From NCBI GenBank assembly GCA_000091205.1, contig AP006500.2: a stretch of DNA of 64,000 bases; one strand, given 5' to 3'. The translations under genes were made by a program, and so were the position numbers. The notes beneath the pieces were generated by a model that ran no database searches, was not told the origin of the DNA, and saw nothing but the letters and a program-made list of their open reading frames with translations. This DNA is from Cyanidioschyzon merolae. Lineage: Eukaryota. Below, piece by piece: positions 17,381-29,220 of the stretch (positions are counted from its first letter, which is position 1; every line of letters begins with the position of its first letter).

Positions 17381-20083
17381 TTAGGCCAAGAGTTTTCTGG
17401 AGGCTTTACGCGAGCCTCTACGGGCTGCAGGTTTCTTTTTTCCCGTCGTTCGCGGCTGAACGATGAGCGCATCCGCCGCTGTATCCGTTTCCGATTCGGT
17501 GCCGGTGTCTGGTGCAGCTGCTCCACGGGTGTCATCAATGACGACAGCACCATCCGCATCGAGTAGACCTGCGTTGCCGTCGCCGACGCTTTCGTTTTCG
17601 TTGTCCTGGGGGCGCTCGGGAACACCGCGGCGCCCAAGCGGCACCAGATGAACGGGGTGCTCGTGCTGCTGGTACGCTCTCGTCAGCGCAGCCTTGATAC
17701 TAGCGGGCACCTCAACACTTGGTCTAAGCCATAATTCATCCAGAAGCGAACGCCAGTGTTCCAGGGTCAACGAGTACACATCCATCGTATCCATGACGCC
17801 TGGAAGCGCATCGTTACCCTGCAGTACAAGAGGCACGACGAGCCGGTACGGTAACATCGGCCGATAGTCGAGCACCAGGGCACGCCTGTCGACAGCGCCG
17901 CCAAGAGCGCCCCCTGGACCACGTGCAGCCTGAAATCGTAACACCCAGTCGCTCAGCATACGCTGCATTTTCCCTGTTGTGCTGTTCTTGCCCAGCCAGG
18001 ATGGGAAATTAGGTCGTCCGCTCATCTGGGATCCGGCCATGGCGTGACCCGGCAGGATGCACGATAAAAAGGCCAGCACGTTGCTGAGGTCCCAGCGATT
18101 CTGTCGACGAATCTGATCGTTGGTGAGGTCTCCCCAGGAAATCGCGTCCGCGGCATCAGCCATGCAGCGCAGAGCGTACGGTGCATGTGTGGGATTCCGC
18201 TTTCCATTGGTGAAGAGCAGATAATTCTCCTGAACCATAAGCGGAAGGAGATCCGCGTCCATGAAAAAAGTTTCAAACAGGTCGCTCAAACCCGGTAGTT
18301 GTGCCGATGACTCGAGTGCTCCATGGTCGACGCGCGGGTCCACGTGCGGCGTCTGTCCTGGGAGGTGCCATCCCGGGCTGTGGAAGAACAGACCGAACAA
18401 CTGGAAAACAGACTGATCCTCAAAAGTCTTGCCCAGGAATTCGTTCAACTGCTTCACATCCATGTAACTGAGGCGTTCTGAACTGCTTCCGCTGTAGAGC
18501 TGCATCATGGTAATCATTTGACGAATGTCCCCGTGGCACGCTTCAGCAAGCTTCTCCAAGGCGGCATCGTCAACGCGCAGACCCTCTTTCTGGGCGATCT
18601 CCTGCAGACGTTTCCTAATCTGGCTCCACATCGGGCGGCGGAAGCGCAGGTAAAGCGTTGAATATTTGAGCGTTCGTAAATTCGGACTCGAATCGTCGTT
18701 GCAGATGCAGATAATGGGTACTCGCGACTTTCTAATGAGTCGCGAGAGTTCCGCGAGACCCCCGCGATCACCCGATGACATGCCGTCGATTTCATCCATG
18801 ATGAGTACCTGGCCCTGCGGAGCGGGTAATTTGTTTCTCCAAAGACCCTTGCTGGTGCCGGCTAACTCCAAGTGTGGGCGCCCCTGACCAAAGGCATGCA
18901 TCGTTCGCGAGCGCAGCAACTCGGCTACGGTTTCATGGAGCGAAGAACGGTTCCGTGTATCACTCGCATTGAACTCGATAGGTTCGTAGCCACATTGCCG
19001 AGCAACAGCATGAGCTGCACTCGTCTTTCCGATTCCAGGCGGACCTGCAAGCAGCGCTGCCCGCGGAAGTTTGTTGTTCCCGTTCGTAATGCGGCCTCTT
19101 GAACCATTCGCTGAACTCGATCGGTTGCTGGTATGATCAGCTGCGCCATAGACCTGGCTCCAGGTACGTAACCAATCCTCGAGTTGCTTGAGTACACCCG
19201 GATTCGCTAGGAGCTCTGTCGCCTGCCGCGGATGATACTTCACTGTCCACAGCTCTGCTTGGGCATTCATTCGCGCGGGCACATTCTCCTTGGTCTCCTG
19301 TCTCGGCACAGCGGCATCAGAGCGGGGACGCGGTGGCGACGGCCGTCGACCTTTTGGTGGCGGAGCCAGTGCCTGCTCCAACTGAGGGTTCACAGGCGGC
19401 TTGGTGTCTCTCGAGCGCTCTCGAATCAGCGCAAAAACACCATCCTCATCAAGAACCGTGATGCTGGGCCTGCTTGCAGCGAGCTGCATCTTCTTGGGTC
19501 CTGGATCCGCCCCGGCAACAAGATAGTTCAGGTTGCGCGTGACGCTCTTGCAAACATGACCACCGTTGGCACGAATGAGATCCTCCATCTCCTCGCGCGT
19601 CAAAGAGTCCATTACGCCTGTGATGCAAAAGTTCAAGCCCGAAAGACAGTCGGGGCTTCCACGAGGTGGCGGGGCCTTCTTCCCACGTAACGGAGGCGAC
19701 ATGACCTGTTGAACGTGCTCCCAGACGCGCTGTCGTATGCTCTCTCGACTGGGTGTTGGTGTCTCAGCTTCCGCGACGTTCTCACCTGGTGAAGAGCCCC
19801 GAGGTGCTCCCGCTCGGGCTTGCGTCACTCTGGGTGGCGTGACAAGGTGCTCGTCCACGTTGACTAACGATCGCTGAGGGCTTTGCTCGAGCCCAGTGGA
19901 GCGCGCTTCAGCTTCTTCAACTGCGCTCTGCCTTGCCCGTTTGCGTGGCGTCGTTTCTCGTGCTTGCGCTGTAGCCGCTGAGGCCGACTCCGGTTCCCAG
20001 TCTGCACCAAGGGCATCCTCCTCGTCATCGTCGATGATGACGCGCCTCCTGGAAACGCTTGACTTGCGGCTCGGGCCCGGCAT
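17381..20083 (-). CDS. RFC1: Replication factor C large subunit (RFC1), with BRCT and AAA+ clamp-loader domains.
   Basis: The BRCT region is FCITGVMDSLTREEMEDLIRANGGHVCKSVTRNLNYLVAGADPG. The Walker A motif is LLAGPPGIGKTSAAHAVARQCGYEPIEFNASDTRN. Walker B plus sensor reads VLIMDEIDGMSSGDRGG...SRVPIICICND. It is 900 aa with no introns. Confidence 0.9.
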   Translation of the reverse strand: MPGPSRKSSVSRRRVIIDDDEEDALGADWEPESASAATAQARETTPRKRARQSAVEEAEARSTGLEQSPQRSLVNVDEHLVTPPRVTQARAGAPRGSSPGENVAEAETPTPSRESIRQRVWEHVQQVMSPPLRGKKAPPPRGSPDCLSGLNFCITGVMDSLTREEMEDLIRANGGHVCKSVTRNLNYLVAGADPGPKKMQLAASRPSITVLDEDGVFALIRERSRDTKPPVNPQLEQALAPPPKGRRPSPPRPRSDAAVPRQETKENVPARMNAQAELWTVKYHPRQATELLANPGVLKQLEDWLRTWSQVYGAADHTSNRSSSANGSRGRITNGNNKLPRAALLAGPPGIGKTSAAHAVARQCGYEPIEFNASDTRNRSSLHETVAELLRSRTMHAFGQGRPHLELAGTSKGLWRNKLPAPQGQVLIMDEIDGMSSGDRGGLAELSRLIRKSRVPIICICNDDSSPNLRTLKYSTLYLRFRRPMWSQIRKRLQEIAQKEGLRVDDAALEKLAEACHGDIRQMITMMQLYSGSSSERLSYMDVKQLNEFLGKTFEDQSVFQLFGLFFHSPGWHLPGQTPHVDPRVDHGALESSAQLPGLSDLFETFFMDADLLPLMVQENYLLFTNGKRNPTHAPYALRCMADAADAISWGDLTNDQIRRQNRWDLSNVLAFLSCILPGHAMAGSQMSGRPNFPSWLGKNSTTGKMQRMLSDWVLRFQAARGPGGALGGAVDRRALVLDYRPMLPYRLVVPLVLQGNDALPGVMDTMDVYSLTLEHWRSLLDELWLRPSVEVPASIKAALTRAYQQHEHPVHLVPLGRRGVPERPQDNENESVGDGNAGLLDADGAVVIDDTRGAAAPDTGTESETDTAADALIVQPRTTGKKKPAARRGSRKASRKLLA

Positions 20084-21099
20084 ACTTGACTATTGCAAGT
20101 CTATAGCAAATACGTTGTTCGGTGGTATGGCAAGGTGTTGACGGCAGTAGCGCCTGCGAAGCGCAGACATGTGCGCGCGCAGCCGTCGAGGTCGTTTACC
20201 GGTGATGCTTTTCGCAGAAGCGCGATGCTCAGAGTACACACGCCTTGTGCGGAAACGACGATCGAATAAATGAGCAGAAAGAACTTGCAGGGCGAGTCAG
20301 TCGCACTCGTGCGAGATGCAGGATGCTCGCTTTGCGCATAAAACGTCATCGGTACACGCGCATGGTACATGTTTTCGGGTGGTATATGGATCGCACCATG
20401 GCAACCCACAGGTGCATTCTGTACGCGAGGTAGCGACAGCGACTTGTGTATCAGGCGGCTCGTGTCCAGGGCAGGGGGTCCAGGCTAGGCACGCCCCGTG
20501 CTCGGGTTCGTACAACGACTCGCAGACCGTGTGCTTGGATTTCGATTTCCCTCACCCAATATGATAGCGTGGGAGCGAGCGAGAGAGACAGAGAATCTCC
20601 AGGGCGTCCAAGCAACGTGAAACGTGCGGTTGCGCTTCGTACTGCTGGCATTCGCGCAGCCGAGTGCCGCTGACGAGGTCCGTGAATCCTGTCACAAAAA
20701 AAAAGCTTTGTCTTCTCTCCAGAGCTCTGGACGCCGAGTGAACGCTCCGCAACTACCTCGATCCAGGAAGCACAGGTCCAGAGATGCCCAGAGCGCTTCC
20801 ACTTTTAGTCCCAAACGAGCGTATCTGTCCGGCACCTGCTCTGAAAATGAAAATGCCCCATGCAACCCAGTCGGTCCGCCTTGAACCGAAAAGGTGCACA
20901 CATCCCACGCAAGAGCGTACCGTACCGCCTTGATGCTCAAGGTATATGGTTCGACACCGGCTCCCGTCCCCTGGAACATGCCACATCCAGAGCGCAGGAT
21001 GAGGTGTTTCCCGGGCACAGGAAGCGTGCAAAGCGCCGACGCTCGAACGCCGCCTTCTCATCAGCGATGTCTTGCCTATACTAAAAACATCGCAGTACA

Positions 21100-21830
21100 G
21101 TGATCATCATTAAGGTCATCATCACCATCATCATCAGCGATGCCTCTGTTATGATATACATCATACTACATTGATAATCATCATCTTCATCATCATCGTC
21201 AGCGATGCCTCTCATATTCCATACATCATTATACATTGATAAGCATCATTATGGTCATCATCATCATCTTCTTCTTCTTCATCAGCGATGCCTCTCATAT
21301 TCCATACATCATCATACATTGATAAGCATCATTATGGTCATCATCATCATCTTCATCTTCTTCTTCTTCTTCGTCCGCGACGCCTCTCATATTCCATACA
21401 TCATTATACATTGATAAGCATCATAATCGTCGTCGTTAACATCATCATCATCATCTTCTTCTTCATCAGCGATGCCTCTCATACTCCATACATCATCATA
21501 CATTGATAAGCATCATTATGGTCATCATCATCTTCTTCTTCTTCTTCGTCCGCGATCCTCTCATATTCCATACATCATCATACATTGATAATCATCATAA
21601 TCGTCGTCGTTAACATCATCATCATCATCTTCTTCTTCATCAGCGATGCCTCTCATATTCCATACATCATCATACATTGATAAGCATCATTATGGTCATC
21701 ATCATCATCATCTTCTTCTTCTTCTTCTTCGTCCGCGACGCCTCTCATATTCCATACATCATTATACATTGATAAGCATCATTATCGTCGTCGTTAACAT
21801 CATCATCTTCTTCTTCTTCAGCGATAACCG
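21100..21830. repeat. Satellite array with higher-order structure. Its ~85-90 bp subunits come in two alternating variants that form a ~175-180 bp higher-order unit repeated ~3.5 times. Each subunit carries an internal (TCA)n/(CTT)n microsatellite.
   Basis: The unit cagcgatgcctctcatattccatacatcatyatacattgataagcatcat... recurs at 21133, 21199, 21282, 21461 and 21641. The two variants alternate: ...tatggtcatcatcatc(ttc)n gtccgcgacg and ...aatcgtcgtcgttaacatcatcatc(ttc)n atcagcgatg. Confidence 0.85.
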
Positions 21831-22037
21831 TTGCTACAGCGCCAAAGCAGCGTGTGCGGCAGGCGCGCCGCGCACCCCCAACGTGAAGATCGACTGCCTC
21901 CGACGTCGCCGACTCACGGTTTTCAGTACCAAGCAGAGGTCGTGAGCGTCTCCTGAGGCGTGTGCAATTCTTGAGTGCTTGTTTCCATTCGTCCCTCGAA
22001 AATCTATCGATTTGAGTAGGTTCCGGATCCAGACTAT

Positions 22038-23330
22038 ATGGTTGAGGCATTCGTTTGGTCGGTTGCAGCGGCAAAAGTCCCACGTACGGGCCGTCACACT
22101 CTTGGGGCGCAGCGGCAAGCCTACAAGCCAGGGAGTGCAGAGCTGTCGGCGTGGCGGTGTCCGCAGAGACGCCTGAGTGCTAGCAAGAGACCAGCACTTG
22201 TCGCATCAATAGCTACCGAGGCTGGCGTGAATCTAACGGGAGTTTTCATTCTCGCGGGGACGGTGGTGATCCACGAGCTTGGGCACTTTCTCGCTGCTCG
22301 CCTGCAAGGTATTAAAGTGAAAGGGTTCTCTATAGGCTTCGGGCCTCGCCTTTTCAGCTTTCGACCGAAAAACTCGGAAACAGAGTTCGCGATTCGGCTC
22401 CTTCCACTTGGGGGCTTTGTCGCCTTCCCCGAAGACTATCGATACGATGAGGAGTCGAAAACCATCGTCAAGAATGACGATCCTGATTTGTTGCAGAATC
22501 GGCCGTTGATGCAGCGTGCACTGGTGATCGCTGCGGGCGTCCTTGCGAATATCGCGCTCGCTTGGACGCTGCTTTTCACTTCAGTTGAGACGGTTGGCGC
22601 TCCGCGGATGCAGTTTGAAACGGGAGTTTCAGTGCCGGCGCTTACGGACATGAGCGCTCCTGCAGCGAAGGCCGGACTCAAGCCAGGTGACGTCATTGTC
22701 GCAGTGAACGGCCAAGCGCTGGCACCCGGTGCGGAATCCGCGTTGGAGGCTGCGAACATGTTACGGCGCCTCGCCGCAGATCCCCAGCACAAACCGATCG
22801 AGCTGCAGCTTTCAGACGGAAGAGTAGTACGAGTGGATCCCGAAGGGGGCCGCATCGGCGTGCAGCTGGTCCCCAATGCGAAAGTATCGCGTGAGCGAGT
22901 CCCTCTACGGAATGCTGTACCAGAGACCAACAAGGAGTTTGTGAATACCTTACGCAATACGATCAACGGTTTCATCACGCTGTTTTCGAATCTCAAAGAA
23001 AACAGCAAGGAGCTCAGCGGCCCGCTCGGCGTGGCATCCATAGGTGCCGAAATCGCTCGCCATGATGCCTCTGTCCTCCTGCAGTTTGCTGCAGTCATTT
23101 CGCTGAATTTAGGGATCATCAATGCGTTACCGTTGCCGGCTCTGGATGGCGGTCAGATGGCCTTTTTGATTGTCGAAGCGATTCGTGGGAAACCGTTGCC
23201 ACGGAACCTCGAGAATGCGATCAATGGGACTGCGCTAACCCTGTTGCTGGTGATGAGTGGGTTCCTGCTCATAGGCGACCTTGAACGGATTCAGGTGCTG
23301 TCGTGGCTGATGAATGGCCCTTCGCCGTGA
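22038..23330 (+). CDS. Site-2 / RseP-type M50 zinc metalloprotease with a PDZ domain. It is the EGY/ARASP-like type that is often organellar.
   Basis: The HExxH motif is VVIHELGHFLAARLQGIKV. The PDZ region is AAKAGLKPGDVIVAVNGQAL. The LDG motif near the C-terminus is LNLGIINALPLPALDGGQMAFLIVEAIRGK. The N-terminal ~60 aa is a presequence-like extension. Confidence 0.8.
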   Translation: MVEAFVWSVAAAKVPRTGRHTLGAQRQAYKPGSAELSAWRCPQRRLSASKRPALVASIATEAGVNLTGVFILAGTVVIHELGHFLAARLQGIKVKGFSIGFGPRLFSFRPKNSETEFAIRLLPLGGFVAFPEDYRYDEESKTIVKNDDPDLLQNRPLMQRALVIAAGVLANIALAWTLLFTSVETVGAPRMQFETGVSVPALTDMSAPAAKAGLKPGDVIVAVNGQALAPGAESALEAANMLRRLAADPQHKPIELQLSDGRVVRVDPEGGRIGVQLVPNAKVSRERVPLRNAVPETNKEFVNTLRNTINGFITLFSNLKENSKELSGPLGVASIGAEIARHDASVLLQFAAVISLNLGIINALPLPALDGGQMAFLIVEAIRGKPLPRNLENAINGTALTLLLVMSGFLLIGDLERIQVLSWLMNGPSP

Positions 23331-23639
23331 GCACCCCTGACGGCGGTAGCTGGTATAGGCGATGGCGAGCGTGCTCTCAGACGCCATCGATAACCTTGGG
23401 TGTTTTTTGCGAGCCGCATGCTGCCGAGGACAGGACAGGGGCACGAGTTTTTCGAGGTCGCCTGCACATAACAGACGCGTTTCTCAAGGGCACAGCACCT
23501 GATCGCCGGTTTGGCAATCGCAATCGAGCAGGTCCCTGGGGAGGAAAACCCGTAGCGTTTGTTCGGCATGGACATCGCTCTGGTGGACCATAATTTTGAG
23601 GTCGAATACATCTTGATAGATACTGTGTCAATGGAGCGA

Positions 23640-23940
23640 GGCGTACACTTCCTCTGTATGCCGCGGTACCAACTGCACATGGCGCCTGTAGCCTGCCCGC
23701 TGTGCGAGCGGTTTGCAGCGCAGCTAGCAGTGGAACGCTCCGATGGTACGATGTGCAACGGTAGCTCGTCAAAGGAATACATGGGTGCATCTATTGAGCG
23801 CTCGTTTACTAGAGGTGTGAACAAGAGGCATCGCATCGGTGCGATACCATTCGCAACTGCAACTCGGGAAAGGAGTACATGGTTGCGTCTACTGAACGCT
23901 CGGTTATCCAAAGTATGAAAGAGAGGCATCGTGCTGGCAG
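23640..23940. repeat. Degenerate tandem duplication of a ~110 bp unit, 2-3 copies, downstream of the M50 protease gene.
   Basis: The unit ggaatacatgggtgcatctattgagcgctcg...gaggcatcgcatcggtgcgataccattcgcaactgc pairs with ggagtacatggttgcgtctactgaacgctcg...gaggcatcgtgctggcag. Repeated peptides VNERSIDAPMYSFDELPL and ITERSVDATMYSFPELQL appear in the ORF track. Confidence 0.5.
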
Positions 23941-24770
23941 ACACTGGCGCTGGACCCATTGGACTCGCCTTAAATGGCTGCTGTTTTCATTCAAGGTTGT
24001 GATTGGTGCATCGTTAACAGGGCGCTGCATATGGACGCTGCACGGTACGCTTGGGTGAGTGTTCGTTCAAGTGCGTCCGCTGTGGCGCCACACCGCCGTG
24101 CGCAGTATCAGTTGTTGCTCCCGTTGTTGTAAACAACCTGGAGGCCTGCCCAAGGCGACGAAGAACTCCAGCTCGAGCCAACACGCGCTTTAGTCTGTCC
24201 AAGGCACGATTTCTATGCAGGGCACCCACGGCAGCGACACATCCGACACGGGTGCTGGCGTCTGAGGCAGACTTGGCACCCCGCAGGTTCGCTGCAGCGA
24301 TCGAGCTACGATCGTATACGTGAAGCCGTTTTTGGAATCCGTCCGATATTGAGGTGTCTGGTGCGAAATGGTCGTCCGATTCCTGAATATCGACAGCCAC
24401 CGCATGTCCAGAAAAGTCGTATTGGACCTATCGATTGTACTTTAAACGAAAAAGATGACCATTCAGCGGCAGAGGTGGCGTTCTTATTCAACAACGAGCT
24501 CCAGAATCGGAGTGCGCGCGTATCCCGAGGCCATAACGCCCAGCAGTGCCCTGGGTTCTCTAGCGAGTAGCGAACTCACCGGTTATTGATCATCGGCCTA
24601 AGCAAGTCCACCATTGTAGTCCCCAGGCACAGCTGATCGACCCGCAGACACAGACTCGTACCTGCTATTCACTCGCGTCCTAACTAGCGCACCCGCAGGT
24701 TCTCAGATATTCATTTTTGAAAGCATTCAAGCGTGATCTCGATGCACCTTCCCCCGTCGCTACGTCACCA

Positions 24771-26036
24771 TTAAATTGCATAGACGTAGACGAGCCCCGC
24801 ATCACCTCCAAAGGCAATCAACCGTTCAGTTTGAATGATATCGAGACTGTTCGCGAAATCGGCTCCGGGTCCTCCACGAACCACTGGACCCAAGTCTGCC
24901 GCTGTACTGCCAAAGTACACCCGCCCGTCTGTCCCACAAGAGGCGATCTTGCGTTGCCCACCCGCACACTGGACGCTGCGAGCATCAAGGACCGGGCCCT
25001 CGTGCAGGCGGTCCGCTCGCAGCAGGCTCGCCGGCTGACGTCGATCCCACTCCAGAACGTCGCCGCAGTCGGTGCCGGCAACCAGGTACCGCTCATCGAC
25101 ATCCATACACAGCGGAATCGAGCCTTGTGGTCGCGGGAATGCGCTAATGGATGACGCCAGTAGAGCGCTGGGGAGTTCAGAGGCAGCGCTACAGGCATCA
25201 GCGCGAACACGAAGGTCCCAGCATCGCACGGCACCGTCAAGGGTTGCAGTCATGACCTCAAAACTGTGCTCGAGCGCCGCAAAAGCGCTAAAACCTGTTC
25301 CAACCATCCCATGAAGCTCAAAACATGCGCTTTCGAGGTCTATACGGTATAAGTGTCCCGCATCCGTGGCTACTGCTTTGGAGTTCAGCCCGATAATCGA
25401 GCTGTGCGCTGTTTGCATGATGACCTCGAGCTCGTAAGTCTGGTAGCTAGGAGCTCTCGCAGGCTCACGGTTGTCTGCACTTGTATTCGGTAGTCGCAGG
25501 ATCGTACCGCGTGCCGTTCCAACAAGGGACAACTCCGCACACAGCGCCGTGATGGGGTCTGTGTGCAGGCCGCGGCACCAGTGGTCCCACTGCAGCACCC
25601 GTGCCGAACTTGAGGAGCGTTGCAGCTTGCGTTCGTCCTCTTCAGTCACTGCAGGTCTTGGCTCGTGTTCCGATACGCCGGGCTCTCTCGAGCGCAGAGC
25701 GCCTATCACCCACGAACGGCCGCCCACGATCGTCGCTATCCCGCTTTCTCCCAGACGAAGCCAACGCACCGGTCCGGTGAGTACGACTGCCGCTGGCGCC
25801 GGTACACTTTCGAGAAACCCCATATCATGATTGACGTCCGCATCCTGCTCGAGAAAGGCGGAAACGGGCGTCCTGACTTGCTGCATGAACGCGATGCCTC
25901 GGCACCAGGTGTGTCGCCTGTACGGAAGCAGCGCGACCACGGCGCTGGTGTGTGTGTGTGTGAACGCGTGCTGGCCCCCAGGCCGTACAGCAACTCGCCA
26001 CGGCACGCCAGTTCTGCCCAGAAACAGCCCGAGCAC
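24771..26036 (-). CDS. WD40-repeat protein. The true start is probably a downstream Met, because the 5' part contains a (GT)n microsatellite.
   Basis: WD-like blades include GHLYRIDLES, LDGAVRCWDLRV, LVAGTDCGDVLEWD, KIASCGTDGRVYFG and LIAFGGDAGLVYVYAI. A (GT)7 run at 25953-25968 encodes HTHTHT near the annotated N-terminus. Confidence 0.6.
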   Translation of the reverse strand: MLGLFLGRTGVPWRVAVRPGGQHAFTHTHTSAVVALLPYRRHTWCRGIAFMQQVRTPVSAFLEQDADVNHDMGFLESVPAPAAVVLTGPVRWLRLGESGIATIVGGRSWVIGALRSREPGVSEHEPRPAVTEEDERKLQRSSSSARVLQWDHWCRGLHTDPITALCAELSLVGTARGTILRLPNTSADNREPARAPSYQTYELEVIMQTAHSSIIGLNSKAVATDAGHLYRIDLESACFELHGMVGTGFSAFAALEHSFEVMTATLDGAVRCWDLRVRADACSAASELPSALLASSISAFPRPQGSIPLCMDVDERYLVAGTDCGDVLEWDRRQPASLLRADRLHEGPVLDARSVQCAGGQRKIASCGTDGRVYFGSTAADLGPVVRGGPGADFANSLDIIQTERLIAFGGDAGLVYVYAI

Positions 26037-27321
26037 AAGAGTCTACGCTTTCTATCGCCGGGGTCTTCCTGCAAACGCTCCGCACGGAACGCTGAACCAA
26101 TGTAGGTCGTGCATCCGCAGCCGAGAAATGTGCGGGGAAATGGGTGTGCGTCAGCAGCTGCGACCGTGCCCCGGACCTCCAGCATCGCTCTATTCATTTC
26201 TACTCTGAAAGAGAAGAACTGTAAAGGATATCGTTTATCGAGATCGGGACTCGTTTCGTATAGAACCTGCGACGCGAACTGCGTACTCGGTATGCCACCC
26301 GCTTCATGGAGCACACCTGGGCCTTCTGCGTAGCACCACACGTACAAGAGCACAGAGCAAGGCGCCACTTGTGATGAATGCTGGGATGCAATCAGTCCGA
26401 ACGCTCAAATGATGACGGCAGCTGCTCGCGTCGAATTCCAGGAATCAGACGTGAAGGAGAAGATGATGACCGTCCATTTCGCTGCAGAGGAAGCGTCCGC
26501 GCTCGACACCGTGCAGGGATGCGTTCTGGGGCGCATTCGAGAGCGCAGCAGCTACCGATGTGCAGCTATCACTCGCGATAGAAACGTTTCATATCCTGGG
26601 AGGGTATGTATATACCCACTCGGAGACGACTCCCAGCCTTTCTTGACTGGCCACCATCAACCGGTTTCGGTTCATCAAGGCACACTTCGAGGGTTAGGGA
26701 CTGCCTCACAAAGTTGGATCGTGGCAGCTCCGCGGATGTCGACTTCAACACCATACACGTTCTGATATTCATGGCGGCATAAAGTCTCGGTTCACGGACT
26801 CCATGCGTTTGTTGCCTCTACTCAAACTCACCATTGCTAGGATTCCTCAAATACGTGTCCTTTGAGCCACTAGAATCCCGTCATCGTCCTGTCGGGCAAA
26901 CAACACTCCTCTTCTATCTCCGCTCTTCGACCTCTTCTTCATACCTAGATCGTCGTCGCGCCCTATAGTCGGCGAGTAGAGGATTTTATCGTTTTGTTTT
27001 ATACCATCCGACGATAACGTGTCTCCGGGATCCTCGACCTGCATATCCATGACTTTCCCCTGTGTTTTTATGTCCTCAAATCAACGCTCTTCGAAAACGC
27101 CTGCTATGAACCGAGGAAAAGCATTTCGGTGACACGCACCTTGGAATTGGAACGCAATTGAGATGAAATGCCATGATATACAGGTTTATACAGGATTGAT
27201 GAACCCAGTTGCTTCTGCTGGGAAACGCAGGTGCTCGACGAGACGTCATCGCCACCTGAAGACAACGTCATTTTTCAAAAACTAGGCTCCAGTTTGGGCA
27301 GACGCATTATTTCAACAGGAC

Positions 27322-29043
27322 TTGTGTGCGCTTGGGAGTAGACGGAACGCTTTCGAGCACTTGGGACGGGAGCGCTTTACGGGTGCGTCCGAGGTCATAC
27401 TTCCAGTCGTGCGCGTCGCTACGAAGCAGGCGAGCGCTTGGCGGCAGGAGTCTTCGTGGAGGTGGTGCTTCGTCTCGAATAATCTCGAGACTACAAAGAC
27501 GTTAATACGCTGGTTTGAACCTGGACAGCTCCAACTCATGGCCCGCCGAGGGCGCGGTGCTGCAGCCAAGTCAGCTGGCCGTGCCGGTTCGCAGCCGCGA
27601 GACGACACTCCCGTAATAGGTACTTTGCGGCCGTTGGTGCCATTTTACGTGCCAGACGGCGCGGAGGGTGCTGGCAAAGTGAACACTGAGCTACGCTCTT
27701 ATGAAAGAGGGAAAGCTAGCCACGATAGTTGGTCACGAAACGAGAGGCCGGCTGTTTCTGCGGAAGCGAGCTCTGGCGGTGCGGCTCCTGATAACCGTAT
27801 CCCTGTTCGAGTGAGACGCTGGGACGCACTCCAGGGCACCTTCGGACCTGAAGACGTTCATTACGTCCAGGTTGCCACTTCGTCACTAGACGGCGAGCAG
27901 CAGTCAAAAGCGCCCGTAACGCTTCCATATTCCAGCGCTCAAACACTCGTCACCGGACAACAAGACACCGCGAGGAATCTCCTGACTCCGGATAGCATTC
28001 TACAGCAGAGAACTGAGCCCAAACCACACTACGCCAATCCCGCATGCACTATATCAAAAGAACTTGCAACATCTCTGGTGCAGTACCCAAATCACGGCGC
28101 CCGTGAACGTCCGGAATCGTATACACCTGGACAAGCGGCGAACGCATTAGGAGCGCCTACCTCGCACCACCCGATGCAGAATGCTTCACGTCGTCATTCC
28201 ACGAGCGCATCGGAGCGCATCCGCTACGAAACAGCAGCCCCACTGAAACATCACACGCACCGTAATGGATCCACATCGACAACGTCTCATGTGCGATTGG
28301 ATCAGGGAAAGCGCTGCAGCACCGTGAATGACGGAATGCGGTACGCAGGAGCGAGCTATTCTGCAACGGTACCGACACCGCAAGCCGTTCCGATTCCAAA
28401 GTTCGCGAGGCGATATCTAGAAATGCAAACAGCAACACCAGGTCCCAGCACAGGAGCATCCTCATCCGCATCAACGACGGCATCGGGACACACCACAATG
28501 TTGCCCACAAACATTCCCATGGACTTGAATGGGACCTATTCTCATTCTCGAAGCGCCTTGACGGCCGCAGAACGTTGCACACTCATGGATGGAACGCAAG
28601 TCGAGCGATGTTTGCTCGCGCGGAGCGACTACGGAGAACAAGCCGGATCGCCAGCTGTGCTTTGCCCAACAGCGAGCACAGCGTGGGCGCCACCGATGCA
28701 TTCGGGAACGGGCCACCAGTCAGTGGACCGACCGATGCCGCCATGGAGTGTGTCGGGGTATCAACTCTATCAAAACCTGGGATGCGAACAAGCGCCCAGC
28801 ACACATGCATTGCGCCCTTGGCCTGCCAGCGAGCACCCGCTGGGACCCGCAAGTCTGGCGCCTATCACGACGGTGCCTGTATCGAGTCAGACGGCGTCAT
28901 CTGTAGGGACAACGTCGACTGGTCACGATGCGGAGGATCCTATAACCGCACAACTTCGCCAGGTGCTGAGGCTCGCCTCGCCAGCGGCGGTGCCGCAGCA
29001 GCAGCAGCAGTCGAAGATGCAGCGCTCACCGCGCTCGCGTTGA
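27322..29043 (+). CDS. Hypothetical low-complexity protein of 573 aa, rich in Ser, Thr, Pro and Ala, ending in a polyQ stretch.
   Basis: The long ORF is unlikely by chance. I recognise no domain. There is a (CAG)n run near the 3' end. Confidence 0.4.
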   Translation: MCALGSRRNAFEHLGRERFTGASEVILPVVRVATKQASAWRQESSWRWCFVSNNLETTKTLIRWFEPGQLQLMARRGRGAAAKSAGRAGSQPRDDTPVIGTLRPLVPFYVPDGAEGAGKVNTELRSYERGKASHDSWSRNERPAVSAEASSGGAAPDNRIPVRVRRWDALQGTFGPEDVHYVQVATSSLDGEQQSKAPVTLPYSSAQTLVTGQQDTARNLLTPDSILQQRTEPKPHYANPACTISKELATSLVQYPNHGARERPESYTPGQAANALGAPTSHHPMQNASRRHSTSASERIRYETAAPLKHHTHRNGSTSTTSHVRLDQGKRCSTVNDGMRYAGASYSATVPTPQAVPIPKFARRYLEMQTATPGPSTGASSSASTTASGHTTMLPTNIPMDLNGTYSHSRSALTAAERCTLMDGTQVERCLLARSDYGEQAGSPAVLCPTASTAWAPPMHSGTGHQSVDRPMPPWSVSGYQLYQNLGCEQAPSTHALRPWPASEHPLGPASLAPITTVPVSSQTASSVGTTSTGHDAEDPITAQLRQVLRLASPAAVPQQQQQSKMQRSPRSR

Positions 29044-29220
29044 GTGCTCGGCACGGACCTGAGAGCCGCAACGTTCCCCGTGCATAAAAGCAAAACACGC
29101 GCCGGCGTGTGGAATGATGCCGATGATCGTGACTTGTTTTTGCCAAGACACGGAAATGATGATACGCTTGGTTGATCACGCGCTGTCAGCTTACGTGAGC
29201 AGCATCTACTCGGGCGTCAG

